Shown here: positions 1 through 8,400 of the stretch, piece after piece
Layout: the number at the start of each line of letters is the position of its first letter
Position numbering within the stretch: position 1 is the stretch's first letter
UHGV virus genome: UHGV-0229204
Direction: 5' to 3' (one strand)
Length of the DNA stretch: 11,049 nt
DNA from: a virus
Program-made: the position numbers and the translations under genes
Notes under the pieces: model-generated
Seen by the model: only the letters and a program-made list of their open reading frames with translations
Told to the model about the DNA's origin: nothing
The model's database searches: none

Positions 1-3000
1 ACCGAGCCAGGTGTATAAACATTCGACTGTATGTACTGCCCAATCTTGGCGTTATCTATGCTGCCATCCTGAATAAACGCATCGCTGATAAATACCTGAC
101 CGTTGATTACAGCAAATGGTGAATACTGCGTGTCACCGCCACCGCTCATCAGGACGAACTGATTGGCGTTAAACCCAACGCGGGTGACTACCGGCTTACC
201 CGCTTCTGCCAGCACCGCGATCGACATCCCGGCGTTATACATCACACCGTTTATTCGAACCCCGGTTTTGAGGGTGTAAATTGCAGATGCCCCGGTCGCA
301 TCAACCACGGCGGTGAGCTTATCTTCCAGCGCGGCCGTCACATCATTGAACTGCGCCTGCACCTGCGTGGACATTTCAGCCATGGCCTTATTAACATCTG
401 CAATAGTCGTTTTGACCACCAGAATATCCGCGCGCACTTCGCCGTACTGCGCCCACTGATGCTCTACCGTTCCATGATTGGCCAGCGCATTCTGCAACGC
501 AGCTTCCAGATTGGTATCAATGTCGCTTGTAAGGCGGTCGCCGTCGGCAGACGTCAGGAAATCATCAGCAATATCGCCCAGGTAATCGTCAGCGTTTGCG
601 TTAGATACACCGCGAACCCAGCCGGTCCAGCCTGATTCATTACCCGTTCTGTCTACCAGTTGCGCACGGTACCAGAACTCCTGTCCCGCTTTTAAACCCA
701 GTTGGGTGTATTCGGCAGACGGATAAGGCACATCCGACAGCAAAAGAGGATTAGAGAAATCACTGTTCGCGGTGTACTGAATTTCCGTTTTCAGCGTGTC
801 CCCGGTATTAGCCGGGAATCCCCAGTTCAGGCGAATCCCCCAGTTGATCGGCGTTGTCGCAAAGCCGACAGGTTTCGGCGGATTTCCCACTTTACCCGTA
901 AGATTTACTTCTGATGATGTCGCCCATACTGATGAAACGTCGCTGGCGTTCACCGCCCTGACACGGACCAGATAGCGACCCGAGTAGATACCCTGCACTT
1001 CAAAGCCGAGAGAAGACGTTCGGGGCACACTAATCCAGTTGCCGCTGTCACGCCGCCATTCCGCCTCGTAAGCAACTGCACCCTGAACAGAATCCCAGGC
1101 AACGCGCATAGTGGTAATCGCAATGTTCTGGTTAACCGTAGAGTAACTGTCTACGACAATATTTCCTGGGGGAGCCTGAACCCCCGGTGGAATGACACTG
1201 ACTGGCCGCTCGTCCAGTCTTGCGCCGGTATCAACAGCGGAATAGATATCAGGGTTGTAAGTCGTCCCGGTGACCTCGAAAGTACCGTCGTTGTTGTCCC
1301 GCGTTCCCGTAACACGGAAAAGCGCTATAAACAGATCGTCAGAGTCCACACCCCAGTTACATTCAGCCTCCGGCGTTTCGCTGTAGGGTGTGGTGACAGT
1401 GACTGTGTTTCCGTTAACGGCCTGGACGGTTCTGGCCTGAGCTGTGCCTGACGGAAGATTCAAAAACAGCCTGTTACCGGCTTTCACATCAGCAGCGCGA
1501 TCGAGGGTTATGTTGCGGCCGTTAACCGCACTCACCCTGCCGCCGATAGTTCTTCCGGCCAGCTCGTTAGCAGCCACGCCGATCACCTCACCAACAGGGG
1601 GGACGTCCATGCCTGTGCTGAAGGTCACCACCTCGCCGATACCGTTGGTAAGCAGCGCCCAGCGCCCCCGCCGGTTTGCCTCTGACTGCCTGGTGCAGCC
1701 GATCGCAGTCATTTCGAGCTGACGATAATCGAAGCGCATGGCCAGATCGCTATCGTAAACAGGCTCAGGCGTATCTTTGTAGTGGTTGGCAGGGTCTGAC
1801 CAGTTCACCAGCGCGGCAGTGTTTCGGGTGGTTTCACTCGGGTCCGCAAAGGTAAATTTTCCTTCAACAACGCTGGCGTGGTTGTAGATGTGCCACACAT
1901 CCCGGGGCATATCGGCCAGGACATACATCTTATTGTCGCCCCAGTACGTCATGCCGCGAAATATACCCGCCAGATCACGAAGTACGGTCCAGGCGTCATT
2001 ACGGTCCTGGATATAAACGTTGCAACGAAAACGAGGCTCCGTCCCGCTGCCGCCCTTGCCGTCTGGTACCAGTTGATCGCAATACTGGGCGATGCGATAA
2101 AGTTCCCATTTGTCTATCTGAGTCGCATCGATTCTTTGACCCAGCCCGAAGCGCTCGTTCAGGATGATGTCGTAATATATCCAGGCTGGATTATCCGTCC
2201 ATGCCCATTTAAATACGCCCTCCCATGTACCAGAGTAAGTACGGGTTTCAGGATCATACGTGTCAGGTACACGGATGATTCGCCCTTTCGGATTGCACAC
2301 AACCTGAGGAATGCCATTGGGGAACTGCTTTGCGTCAAACTCTACATACAGCAGAGCTGTGTTAACGTAGCGAAGTTTGGCGTCAATAATTTCAGTAACG
2401 GCCACAACGCGCATGATGTCCACGACATTCACGCTCGTGGAATCCGGCGTGATTCTGCGAACCCGCAACTGCCATCCAGTCGAGGCTTTTGGAAGATTGA
2501 CGCGGTGGCTGCGCTCATAAAGCGACGTGGTTTTGTCATCAACAGCACCGTTAATCACCGTTTCATACGGCCCACCATCGACCGACAGATCGATAGCATA
2601 CTCAACGCGGGTGCCGACTTTATCGCCGTTGTTTTTCTGGAGTAAAAGAGTTGGCCATCCCAGGCGAATTCGCAGCGCAGAGAGCTGCGTGTTGGATACC
2701 GCGCGAACGTACGGCACGGCCTGTTTCAGCTCGTATGAAACCTGAATCTCGTTTTCAATGCCGGGGAAGCCCTGAATGTAGTCCTGGTCCTGAGTACCGG
2801 AACGGAACTCATATTTTACATTATTGAAGTTATAACTTCCGTTGGCGTTCTGAAGGGGCGTATATGAAGATGAGTCACCAAGAAAAATGTTTTTACCATC
2901 AAGTCCGCCAGCGAACTCACCCTCTCCAAGAGCAATCAGCACCTTTGCCCTCGCAATGGACTGAATGCTGTCCGGTGCTTCCACGGGCGTTCTGGTCTGA

Positions 3001-3044
3001 TTGCTGCCACCTTTACCGCGGCCTTTGATGATTGTCGTCGTCAT
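1..3044 (-). CDS. J: Host specificity / central tail fibre protein, lambda gpJ-like; N-terminal ~1014 codons only, the C-terminal receptor-binding part lies beyond the window start
   Basis: Uninterrupted minus-strand frame from ATG at 3044 to the window edge, absent from the ORF track presumably because it is open-ended. Translation begins MTTTIIKGRGKGGSNQTRTPVEAPDSIQSIARAKVLIALGEGEF and carries gpJ-like blocks (..YSGTWEGVFKWAWTDNPAWIYYDII.., ..ELYRIAQYCDQLVPDGKGG..TEPRFRCNVYI..) that align with lambda J (..YSGIWDGTFKPAYSNNMAWCLWDML.., ..ALYVIGQYCDQSVPDGFGGTEPRITCNAYL..) as I recall it. Position immediately downstream of I, as in lambda. Confidence 0.9.
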   Translation of the reverse strand, partial: MTTTIIKGRGKGGSNQTRTPVEAPDSIQSIARAKVLIALGEGEFAGGLDGKNIFLGDSSSYTPLQNANGSYNFNNVKYEFRSGTQDQDYIQGFPGIENEIQVSYELKQAVPYVRAVSNTQLSALRIRLGWPTLLLQKNNGDKVGTRVEYAIDLSVDGGPYETVINGAVDDKTTSLYERSHRVNLPKASTGWQLRVRRITPDSTSVNVVDIMRVVAVTEIIDAKLRYVNTALLYVEFDAKQFPNGIPQVVCNPKGRIIRVPDTYDPETRTYSGTWEGVFKWAWTDNPAWIYYDIILNERFGLGQRIDATQIDKWELYRIAQYCDQLVPDGKGGSGTEPRFRCNVYIQDRNDAWTVLRDLAGIFRGMTYWGDNKMYVLADMPRDVWHIYNHASVVEGKFTFADPSETTRNTAALVNWSDPANHYKDTPEPVYDSDLAMRFDYRQLEMTAIGCTRQSEANRRGRWALLTNGIGEVVTFSTGMDVPPVGEVIGVAANELAGRTIGGRVSAVNGRNITLDRAADVKAGNRLFLNLPSGTAQARTVQAVNGNTVTVTTPYSETPEAECNWGVDSDDLFIALFRVTGTRDNNDGTFEVTGTTYNPDIYSAVDTGARLDERPVSVIPPGVQAPPGNIVVDSYSTVNQNIAITTMRVAWDSVQGAVAYEAEWRRDSGNWISVPRTSSLGFEVQGIYSGRYLVRVRAVNASDVSSVWATSSEVNLTGKVGNPPKPVGFATTPINWGIRLNWGFPANTGDTLKTEIQYTANSDFSNPLLLSDVPYPSAEYTQLGLKAGQEFWYRAQLVDRTGNESGWTGWVRGVSNANADDYLGDIADDFLTSADGDRLTSDIDTNLEAALQNALANHGTVEHQWAQYGEVRADILVVKTTIADVNKAMAEMSTQVQAQFNDVTAALEDKLTAVVDATGASAIYTLKTGVRINGVMYNAGMSIAVLAEAGKPVVTRVGFNANQFVLMSGGGDTQYSPFAVINGQVFISDAFIQDGSIDNAKIGQYIQSNVYTPGS

Positions 3045-3053
3045 ATCGCGTCC

Positions 3054-3080
3054 ATAAAAAAAGCCACCGTCAGGTGGCTT
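3054..3080 (-). terminator. Intrinsic-terminator-like hairpin between I and J: perfect 8-bp palindromic stem AAGCCACC/GGTGGCTT, 4-nt loop, followed on the minus strand by TTTTTTAT
   Basis: Seen directly: plus strand 3061-3080 aagccacc gtca ggtggctt, preceded on the plus strand by an A-run at 3054-3060 (a U-tract on the minus strand). Lies in the 53-nt I-J intergenic gap, ending 10 nt upstream of the J ATG. Confidence 0.5.
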
Positions 3081-3097
3081 ATAGTACGTGGTTTGGT

Positions 3098-3685
3098 TTA
3101 TTGCTGATCTTCTGCATAAATCCCGGCTGAGATAATCGCACCGCCTATTTCCCTCTGTCCGTAAAGCAAAGGAACGGGGTTACCGGATGCCGTAGTATTG
3201 ACGGGTCCGCCAAACGCATAGGAAGGCTTATTATCTGGGTCCTGTCGCATCCTCAGACCAGCAACCTGAGGGGAAAGCATTTGCACTACACCACCCACAG
3301 CCATAGAACCAGCTGCGGCATATAGCGCCATTTGTGTACCTGCTGCCCATCCTATTGGGTTCCACCAGGTAAAAGCCGCAATTGCGGCGGCAGTAACAAT
3401 TTGAAAGAGGCCAGCCCTTTTACTGCCGCGTATTACAGGGATAATGCGAAGTTCATCGCCAGGTCCAAGAAGATCAAACTCTTCCTTTCCTATGTTTATT
3501 TGGTTTCGGAAGATGACAAAATCCAGCCCTTTCGCTCTGGTCTCGCGCAGGTAAGCATCAAAGCCATCAATGGTGTTAGAAAGCGCCCTGAACACTTCGC
3601 TGGCAGACGTTAGTGCGCGGCGATGCGTCCTGCCAAATCGCTGAGCCATTGAGCCGCTGAGTTTGATAACGGTTTTTCTTTCCAT
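3098..3685 (-). CDS. I: Tail assembly protein, lambda gpI-like
   Basis: 195-aa ORF with ATG at 3685 overlapping the K stop by 1 nt (ATGTAATGG). Contains ..QRFGR.. and a hydrophobic Gly/Ala-rich C-terminal half (..GLFQIVTAAAIAAF..GSMAVGGVVQMLSPQ..PVPLLYGQREIGG..) matching lambda gpI (..GGVFQIVLGAAAIAGS..VLGGVAQMLAPK..VLPVLYGEMRVGS..) from memory. Gene order K-I-J. Confidence 0.88.
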   Translation of the reverse strand: MERKTVIKLSGSMAQRFGRTHRRALTSASEVFRALSNTIDGFDAYLRETRAKGLDFVIFRNQINIGKEEFDLLGPGDELRIIPVIRGSKRAGLFQIVTAAAIAAFTWWNPIGWAAGTQMALYAAAGSMAVGGVVQMLSPQVAGLRMRQDPDNKPSYAFGGPVNTTASGNPVPLLYGQREIGGAIISAGIYAEDQQ

Positions 3686-4395
3686 TACATCAAATCCTTA
3701 TAACGCAGAATTTTGATGGTACGGTCACGGTAATAACCACCGTAGGGAATACGCTGGCTTAGCTGGCCATACATGTGATGCAGTAGCATGTTGCCATCAA
3801 GCAAAATCCCGGCATGGTTCGGGACGGTGGACTGTACCTGCATGATAACCATGTCACCGGGCTGAGCTGGACCGTCGTACTCACGGAAACCGCATTCCTG
3901 CCAGTTGTCCATATAGAGGTTTTCACCCTGCTCCCACCAGTGCCGATCTACGCTGTAGTTGGGCAGTTCAATGCCGTGTTCGATGCGGAAATAGTCCATA
4001 ATGAGAGACCAGCAGTCTGCATGCCCGAGTACAAACTGGCGCCCTGTGAGGGGACGGTCTCCGCGAGGCATGACGGTGCGAATGTCGCCCTCAGGCCACG
4101 ATGCAATAATCCAGGGCAGTTCCGTGGCATCACACATCAGCATGTCGAGTTCACTCGGCTGGGTTGTTGCCCCGTCGCCGGGGTGACTGTGGACGATCGC
4201 CACCACAGTTCCCTGCTCTTCGGCGGCCGCATAATCCTCAGGATTGAGTTCAAATTGCTCAGTCGGCGACTCAGCATTATTTTTGCAGGGGATGTATTTC
4301 TCCACCCGCCCCTTCTGAATAACCACGCCACAGCACTCCTCGGGGAAGGATGCGGCGGCATGCGCCAGAATGGCGCTAACTGTTTTGTCGCGCAT
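3685..4395 (-). CDS. K: Tail assembly protein, lambda gpK-like, with an N-terminal JAMM/MPN-like motif and a C-terminal NlpC/P60-like Cys/His region
   Basis: 236-aa ORF, ATG at 4395 preceded by GAGAGGA. Motifs seen: ..EECCGVV.., ..HSHPGDGATTQPSELD.. (JAMM-like HxH...S..D) and ..GHADCWSLI..NHAGILLDGNMLLHH.. (NlpC/P60-like). Gene order L-K-I. Confidence 0.9.
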   Translation of the reverse strand: MRDKTVSAILAHAAASFPEECCGVVIQKGRVEKYIPCKNNAESPTEQFELNPEDYAAAEEQGTVVAIVHSHPGDGATTQPSELDMLMCDATELPWIIASWPEGDIRTVMPRGDRPLTGRQFVLGHADCWSLIMDYFRIEHGIELPNYSVDRHWWEQGENLYMDNWQECGFREYDGPAQPGDMVIMQVQSTVPNHAGILLDGNMLLHHMYGQLSQRIPYGGYYRDRTIKILRYKDLM

Positions 4396-4397
4396 GA

Positions 4398-5156
4398 TTA
4401 TCCTCTCAGAAGTGAAGCGCCGGGGAACCCGCCATAATCCAGCTGTTCATTCTCTCCGAAGCGAGGTTTACAGCCCGTTGACAGCAATCCGGAGCAAACA
4501 TCCTGTGAAGGATCGTCCACCCGATTGCCGTCTTTATCGAACCAGCCGTTTTGCCCGGCGTAGGTGCAGCCGTTCCCGGTTTTGTACCAGCCACGCATGC
4601 ACCACGTGCACATTGGCTGAATTTGCCGGGTCGGAATGAGTTGCCCGCGCAGATCGGCTGGACTGGAAAGCTCAAATTCTACAGTTTCATCGTCTGATCC
4701 TGATTTACGGTCGATGTAATAAACCTGTTTGCGCTCCTCGTTGGGATTCGCAGTCTGGTTCCCATCAGGGAAGTTTCTGGCGTCCAGATAGTGTGCGAAG
4801 GTGTCATGGATGATCACCTTTGCTTTAGCCATCCCCTGAAATCTTCGGCACAGCGCGCCAATCGTGCCGCTGATGTTTGCAACGGTGAGAGACGGTCGTG
4901 AACACTGGCCGTCACTGCTGACAGATATGCCGGTCAGTTCATACGGCCACGCGCCATACTCCTGCCCCTGCCACCACACCGACTTCGGCTCAAGTTTTGA
5001 CTCGTCGCCGCCTGCGGCGATGATTTCCGCCTCGGTATGCGGGATTGTCTCGTTGTGAAAGCGAAGAATACCTGCACCGAAAGCTGAGCCGTCCACCTCG
5101 ATCAGGCGGACGCGCTTACCCGGCTCCAGTTTCTGGACATCAGATGAAATACTCAT
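4398..5156 (-). CDS. L: Minor tail (tail tip) protein, lambda gpL-like, with a C-terminal Cys cluster
   Basis: The track ORF 4398..5240 starts at an alternative codon inside M. The ATG at 5156 forms an ATGA overlap with the M stop and gives 252 aa (MSISSDVQKLEPGKRV...). The block ..WWQGQEYGAWPYELTGISVSSDGQCSRPSLTVANISG.. resembles lambda L ..TWQGRQYQPYPIQGSGFELNGKGTSTRPTLTVSNLYG... C-terminal cysteines (CTWC..GC..VCS..GCK) are present. Confidence 0.85.
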   Translation of the reverse strand: MSISSDVQKLEPGKRVRLIEVDGSAFGAGILRFHNETIPHTEAEIIAAGGDESKLEPKSVWWQGQEYGAWPYELTGISVSSDGQCSRPSLTVANISGTIGALCRRFQGMAKAKVIIHDTFAHYLDARNFPDGNQTANPNEERKQVYYIDRKSGSDDETVEFELSSPADLRGQLIPTRQIQPMCTWCMRGWYKTGNGCTYAGQNGWFDKDGNRVDDPSQDVCSGLLSTGCKPRFGENEQLDYGGFPGASLLRG

Positions 5157-5491
5157 GGGTGGTATGCCTGTGTGAATGTGCTGCTGAGGGTGTATTTTTT
5201 GTTGCCGTGTGTAGATATCTGAAAGGATTCCGCGCGCCATAAGCCTGATGGCTCAAGCGGCGACTTCCAGATAAATGATTTCCACCCGGCATGTCTGTTG
5301 AGAAAGTTTTTAATGGCCTGAATGTAAGCCTCATCGCCGGTAAAACTCACGCTCCATTGAGATGTTACCGGGTTGATACCATCCCCTGCCACCTGCGTAT
5401 AGCCATCGCCAAACTGTGCCTTTCGGGTACGAAAATTTGTATCAACCTGAGAGGCAACCTTTGGGCACCAGCTGAAGGTTTCTACTGTCAT
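5153..5491 (-). CDS. M: Minor tail protein, lambda gpM-like
   Basis: The track ORF starts at GTG 5518 inside the tape measure gene. The ATG at 5491 is preceded by AAGGGAG and lies 2 nt after the H stop, giving 112 aa (MTVETFSWCPKV...). ..QFGDGYTQ.. and ..HAGWKSFIWKSP.. resemble lambda M ..RFGDGYSQ.. and ..HGGWKSFLWTPP... Confidence 0.85.
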   Translation of the reverse strand: MTVETFSWCPKVASQVDTNFRTRKAQFGDGYTQVAGDGINPVTSQWSVSFTGDEAYIQAIKNFLNRHAGWKSFIWKSPLEPSGLWRAESFQISTHGNKKYTLSSTFTQAYHP

Positions 5492-5493
5492 GG

Positions 5494-8400
5494 TTAAACT
5501 CCCTTGATTAATCGCCACAGAGGCGAGCCCGGCATGCTGGCCTGTTCGTTAATGACGCCAGTGATGGCATCCTTAAGCTGCCTGCCTGCTGCTCCAGCAG
5601 TACCCTGACTGGCCGCCTGGGATGATCCGCCCTGAATATTGATATCGCCGAAGTTAACTGAAGGCATACCACCGGAGACCTGAGGAGTGCCAACAGCCCG
5701 AACGCCAAGCGAACCATCAGCGGCGCGCGTAAGCGGCATAATGGCTTCCGGACCAGCTTCGGCAAAAACCCCTGCACCTTTGGCAAAAGCAAACAGCTGA
5801 GGCGTCTGAAAAACGCCATTGCTGTAAGCGCTCAGGGACGGAGAGTCGTAAACATTACCCTTCGCATTAAAGGTAAAGTTCGCGCCAGCATTCTGAATAG
5901 CGGTACCGCTGCTGGCGGTAGCGGCTGACGAGGCACCAAAACTGAACAGTGAACCAATTGAGCTAACGCCATTAGCAACAGCCATATTCACCAGAACGTT
6001 CTGGATAATCTTCAGTACGCTGACGCCCCAGTCCTTCCAGCTATCAACGTTGCCATTGAGCATGTCGGTGATCGTGGTGACCGCGCCACCCATAGCCTGC
6101 TTCATGCCGTCAGCGGCCATGGAAGAATAATCAGTAGCTTCGTCCACCCAGTTCGCATAACCCTCAGACAGTCCCGTCATCCAGTCGTCACGCTGCGCAT
6201 CAGAAGCTGCGTAATATCCCTCCTGGTCGCGCAGGCGCTCATCGAGATAGCGCTTATTAAGTGCCAGTCCCTGCTGATAGAACGTCTCATCGATTTCACC
6301 AGCCTGACGCTGGCGGAGAAGATCGGTATTCTTCTGCTCGAACTCCTTACGCAGATTGAACTGCTCCTGAAGTCTTTCACGGAACCTGGTACCCTGCCCG
6401 TAACCCAGCAGTTGCCCTTCATTAGCTGCTCGGGCGCTGGCGTTACTGTCGGCGAGGTTGGCTTCGTAATTTCGCAGTTGCTCACGTAATTTAACCTGGT
6501 CAATCAGCGCAGCATTCTGCAATAACGTCTTTTTCTGGGCTTCTGTCAGAGAAGCAAGCTCGCCCTGGCTGACCTGGTATTTAACCTTCGCCAGTTCAGT
6601 ATTCTGGCCTTGCAGGGCAATCTGCTCTTTTTGCTGTTTGATCAGCTTGTCATAGGCATCAGCTGTTTTTTCCGCCTCGGATTTCCCGCCCTTATGGCGG
6701 CTTGAGTCACGAATAGCTTGCAACTGCCTGGCTGACTCAACTTCCATGCTGACATACTTCTCACGCCAACCAGCAGGGAGATTAAGGTCAGATGCATCGA
6801 ATTCCGCCTGCTTGCGGGTTTTGTCCAATCCCTTAAGACCGGACAACTCAAGCTGTCGCTGCGCCTTGTCTATAGCTTGCTGCTGCTTATTATCAAGTGC
6901 AGGAAGTACAGGCCCTGCATATTTTGGTGGGGACACTGCTGTAGACTGTCTGGAAACCTTGTTCAGACGGTCATACATCTCTGTAAGAGAACTTACGGCG
7001 CCAGCCATTTCTACTGTTTTATTTATAGCCTGATCAGTTATGTCGTTTATTAACTGTTGTGTTTGCTTTCTTTTATTGAGCATTTGCTCAAGTCGGCCTT
7101 CTTCAACCGCAAGTTCTGAAGCAAACTCTGCTGATTTCTCAACCGCATCGTTATACAGCCATGTTCCATCTGAAGCAGAATTGGCTGCTAATTTTGCGTT
7201 ATAAAGTTGATTGGATAATTCAGCAACTTTCTGCTTCTGCTGTTCAATCGCACTATTTTGAGCATCCAGTGAAATATTCGCCTGTCCAAGGTTGGCGGAT
7301 ATCTGCGTCTGAGACATTGATTTCAGATTATCTCGTACCTGCTCGATTGTGTCCGCATATTGGATTGCAGATTCCCTGGCTTGTTCTTGGCGTTGATACA
7401 TCGTGTACCACGCCCCAGCACCCAACATTAAAATTCCTGGCAAACCACCAACTAACGACAAAAGCCCCGTAGCGCCAGACTTGAATAAATTCATTACCGA
7501 TGTTGATCGGTTGAGTGCTTCTTGCGACGCTGATACTGCTTTATTTGACTGAACGAGAGTGGAATTGGCGGCTATCATTTCACGCCGTTTGGCAATAGAA
7601 TTTTGTGTAGCTGTCGCTTCTGCATTTGTGTTTTTTGCAAGTTCCAACTCGGATAGCGAGAGCTGATAAGCACGCTCGGCAGCAATCGCATCTGCTGCCG
7701 CCTTTCGTTGTGATTGGGTAGCAGATTCAGCCCTTGCAGATGCGAGCGCAATTTCGTTCTTTCTGGCATCTATTAATTGCGCCGTTTGGTTCCCAAGATC
7801 GCCAAACATCCCTCCAAGATAGCGAGCTCCACCTATTGCAGCCAAAGCTCCGGCAGCCGTAGCCACAGTGTCGATATTGTCAGAAACTGTATTCAATACA
7901 GCAACAAGAGCACTTGTCGCACCAGTAGCTTCATTAGCTCCACCTACCCATGCCATGAAAGCATTTTCGACTTTCGTCGTGGCAGCAGAAACGGTCTGCG
8001 GCATTGCCTCAAATTCACCACGCATAGTGCCAAGTTGACTTATCAGGGCCGGGACAACTTTATCTGCGGTTAGCATCCCCTGATCGGCCATTGCCTTCAG
8101 ATCTTTACGAGCTACACCCATCCCAGCGGCCAGCGCACGGATAACTCGATCACCGTTTTCGTTAACAGAGTTGAATTCCTCGCCCCGCAGAACGCCCTGA
8201 GCTAATGCCTGACTAAACTGGGTGATAACAGAACTTGCCTCTGCCGTGCTGGCGCCGGATAGCTTTAGTCCAGTAGAAATGGCCTCGGTTACATCCAGAA
8301 CTTGCTGCGAACTGTATCCGTATTCACGCATTGATGCGGCGGAACGCGCAAAAAGACTCGCATTATCAGAGAAGGCGGTTCCGGTTCGTTGGCTAATATC

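Noticed and set aside
1878-2645. 255-aa plus-strand ORF, along with other plus-strand ORFs at 702-914, 1444-1722 and 2527-2745
   Set aside because: They lie antisense to the continuous gpJ-like reading frame, have no recognisable RBS or protein-family signatures, and their low-complexity translations are typical of shadow ORFs in moderately GC-rich coding DNA.
3814-4437. 207-aa plus-strand ORF, along with 4001-4186, 4370-4639, 4864-5058, 5045-5242 and 5291-5497
   Set aside because: Antisense to the clearly homologous K, L and M genes; Arg/Pro/Gly-rich translations with no motifs; classic antisense artefacts.
5508-6851. Minus-strand alternative-frame ORFs within the tape measure gene (5508-5819, 6177-6503, 6642-6851)
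   Set aside because: Out of frame with and nested inside the 1088-codon tape measure ORF; Arg/Leu/Pro-rich translations typical of off-frame readings; no independent RBS.
7400-7480. Hydrophobic stretch in the tape measure protein (..LLSLVGGLPGILMLGAGAWYTMYQ..) as a possible separate membrane protein or signal peptide
   Set aside because: It is in frame within the continuous tape measure ORF. Tape measure proteins commonly contain hydrophobic or transmembrane-like segments thought to act during channel formation, so there is no basis for a separate gene.
6746-8073. Several plus-strand ORFs (6746-7033, 7161-7472, 7777-8073) inside the low-GC part of the tape measure gene
   Set aside because: The minus-strand tape measure frame is uninterrupted across the whole region and its translation is coherent (coiled-coil, Gln/Ala-rich). 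The plus-strand ORFs are short, Cys/Ser-rich and lack starts with RBS. I attribute the AT-richness to a mosaic TMP segment, not an embedded gene.
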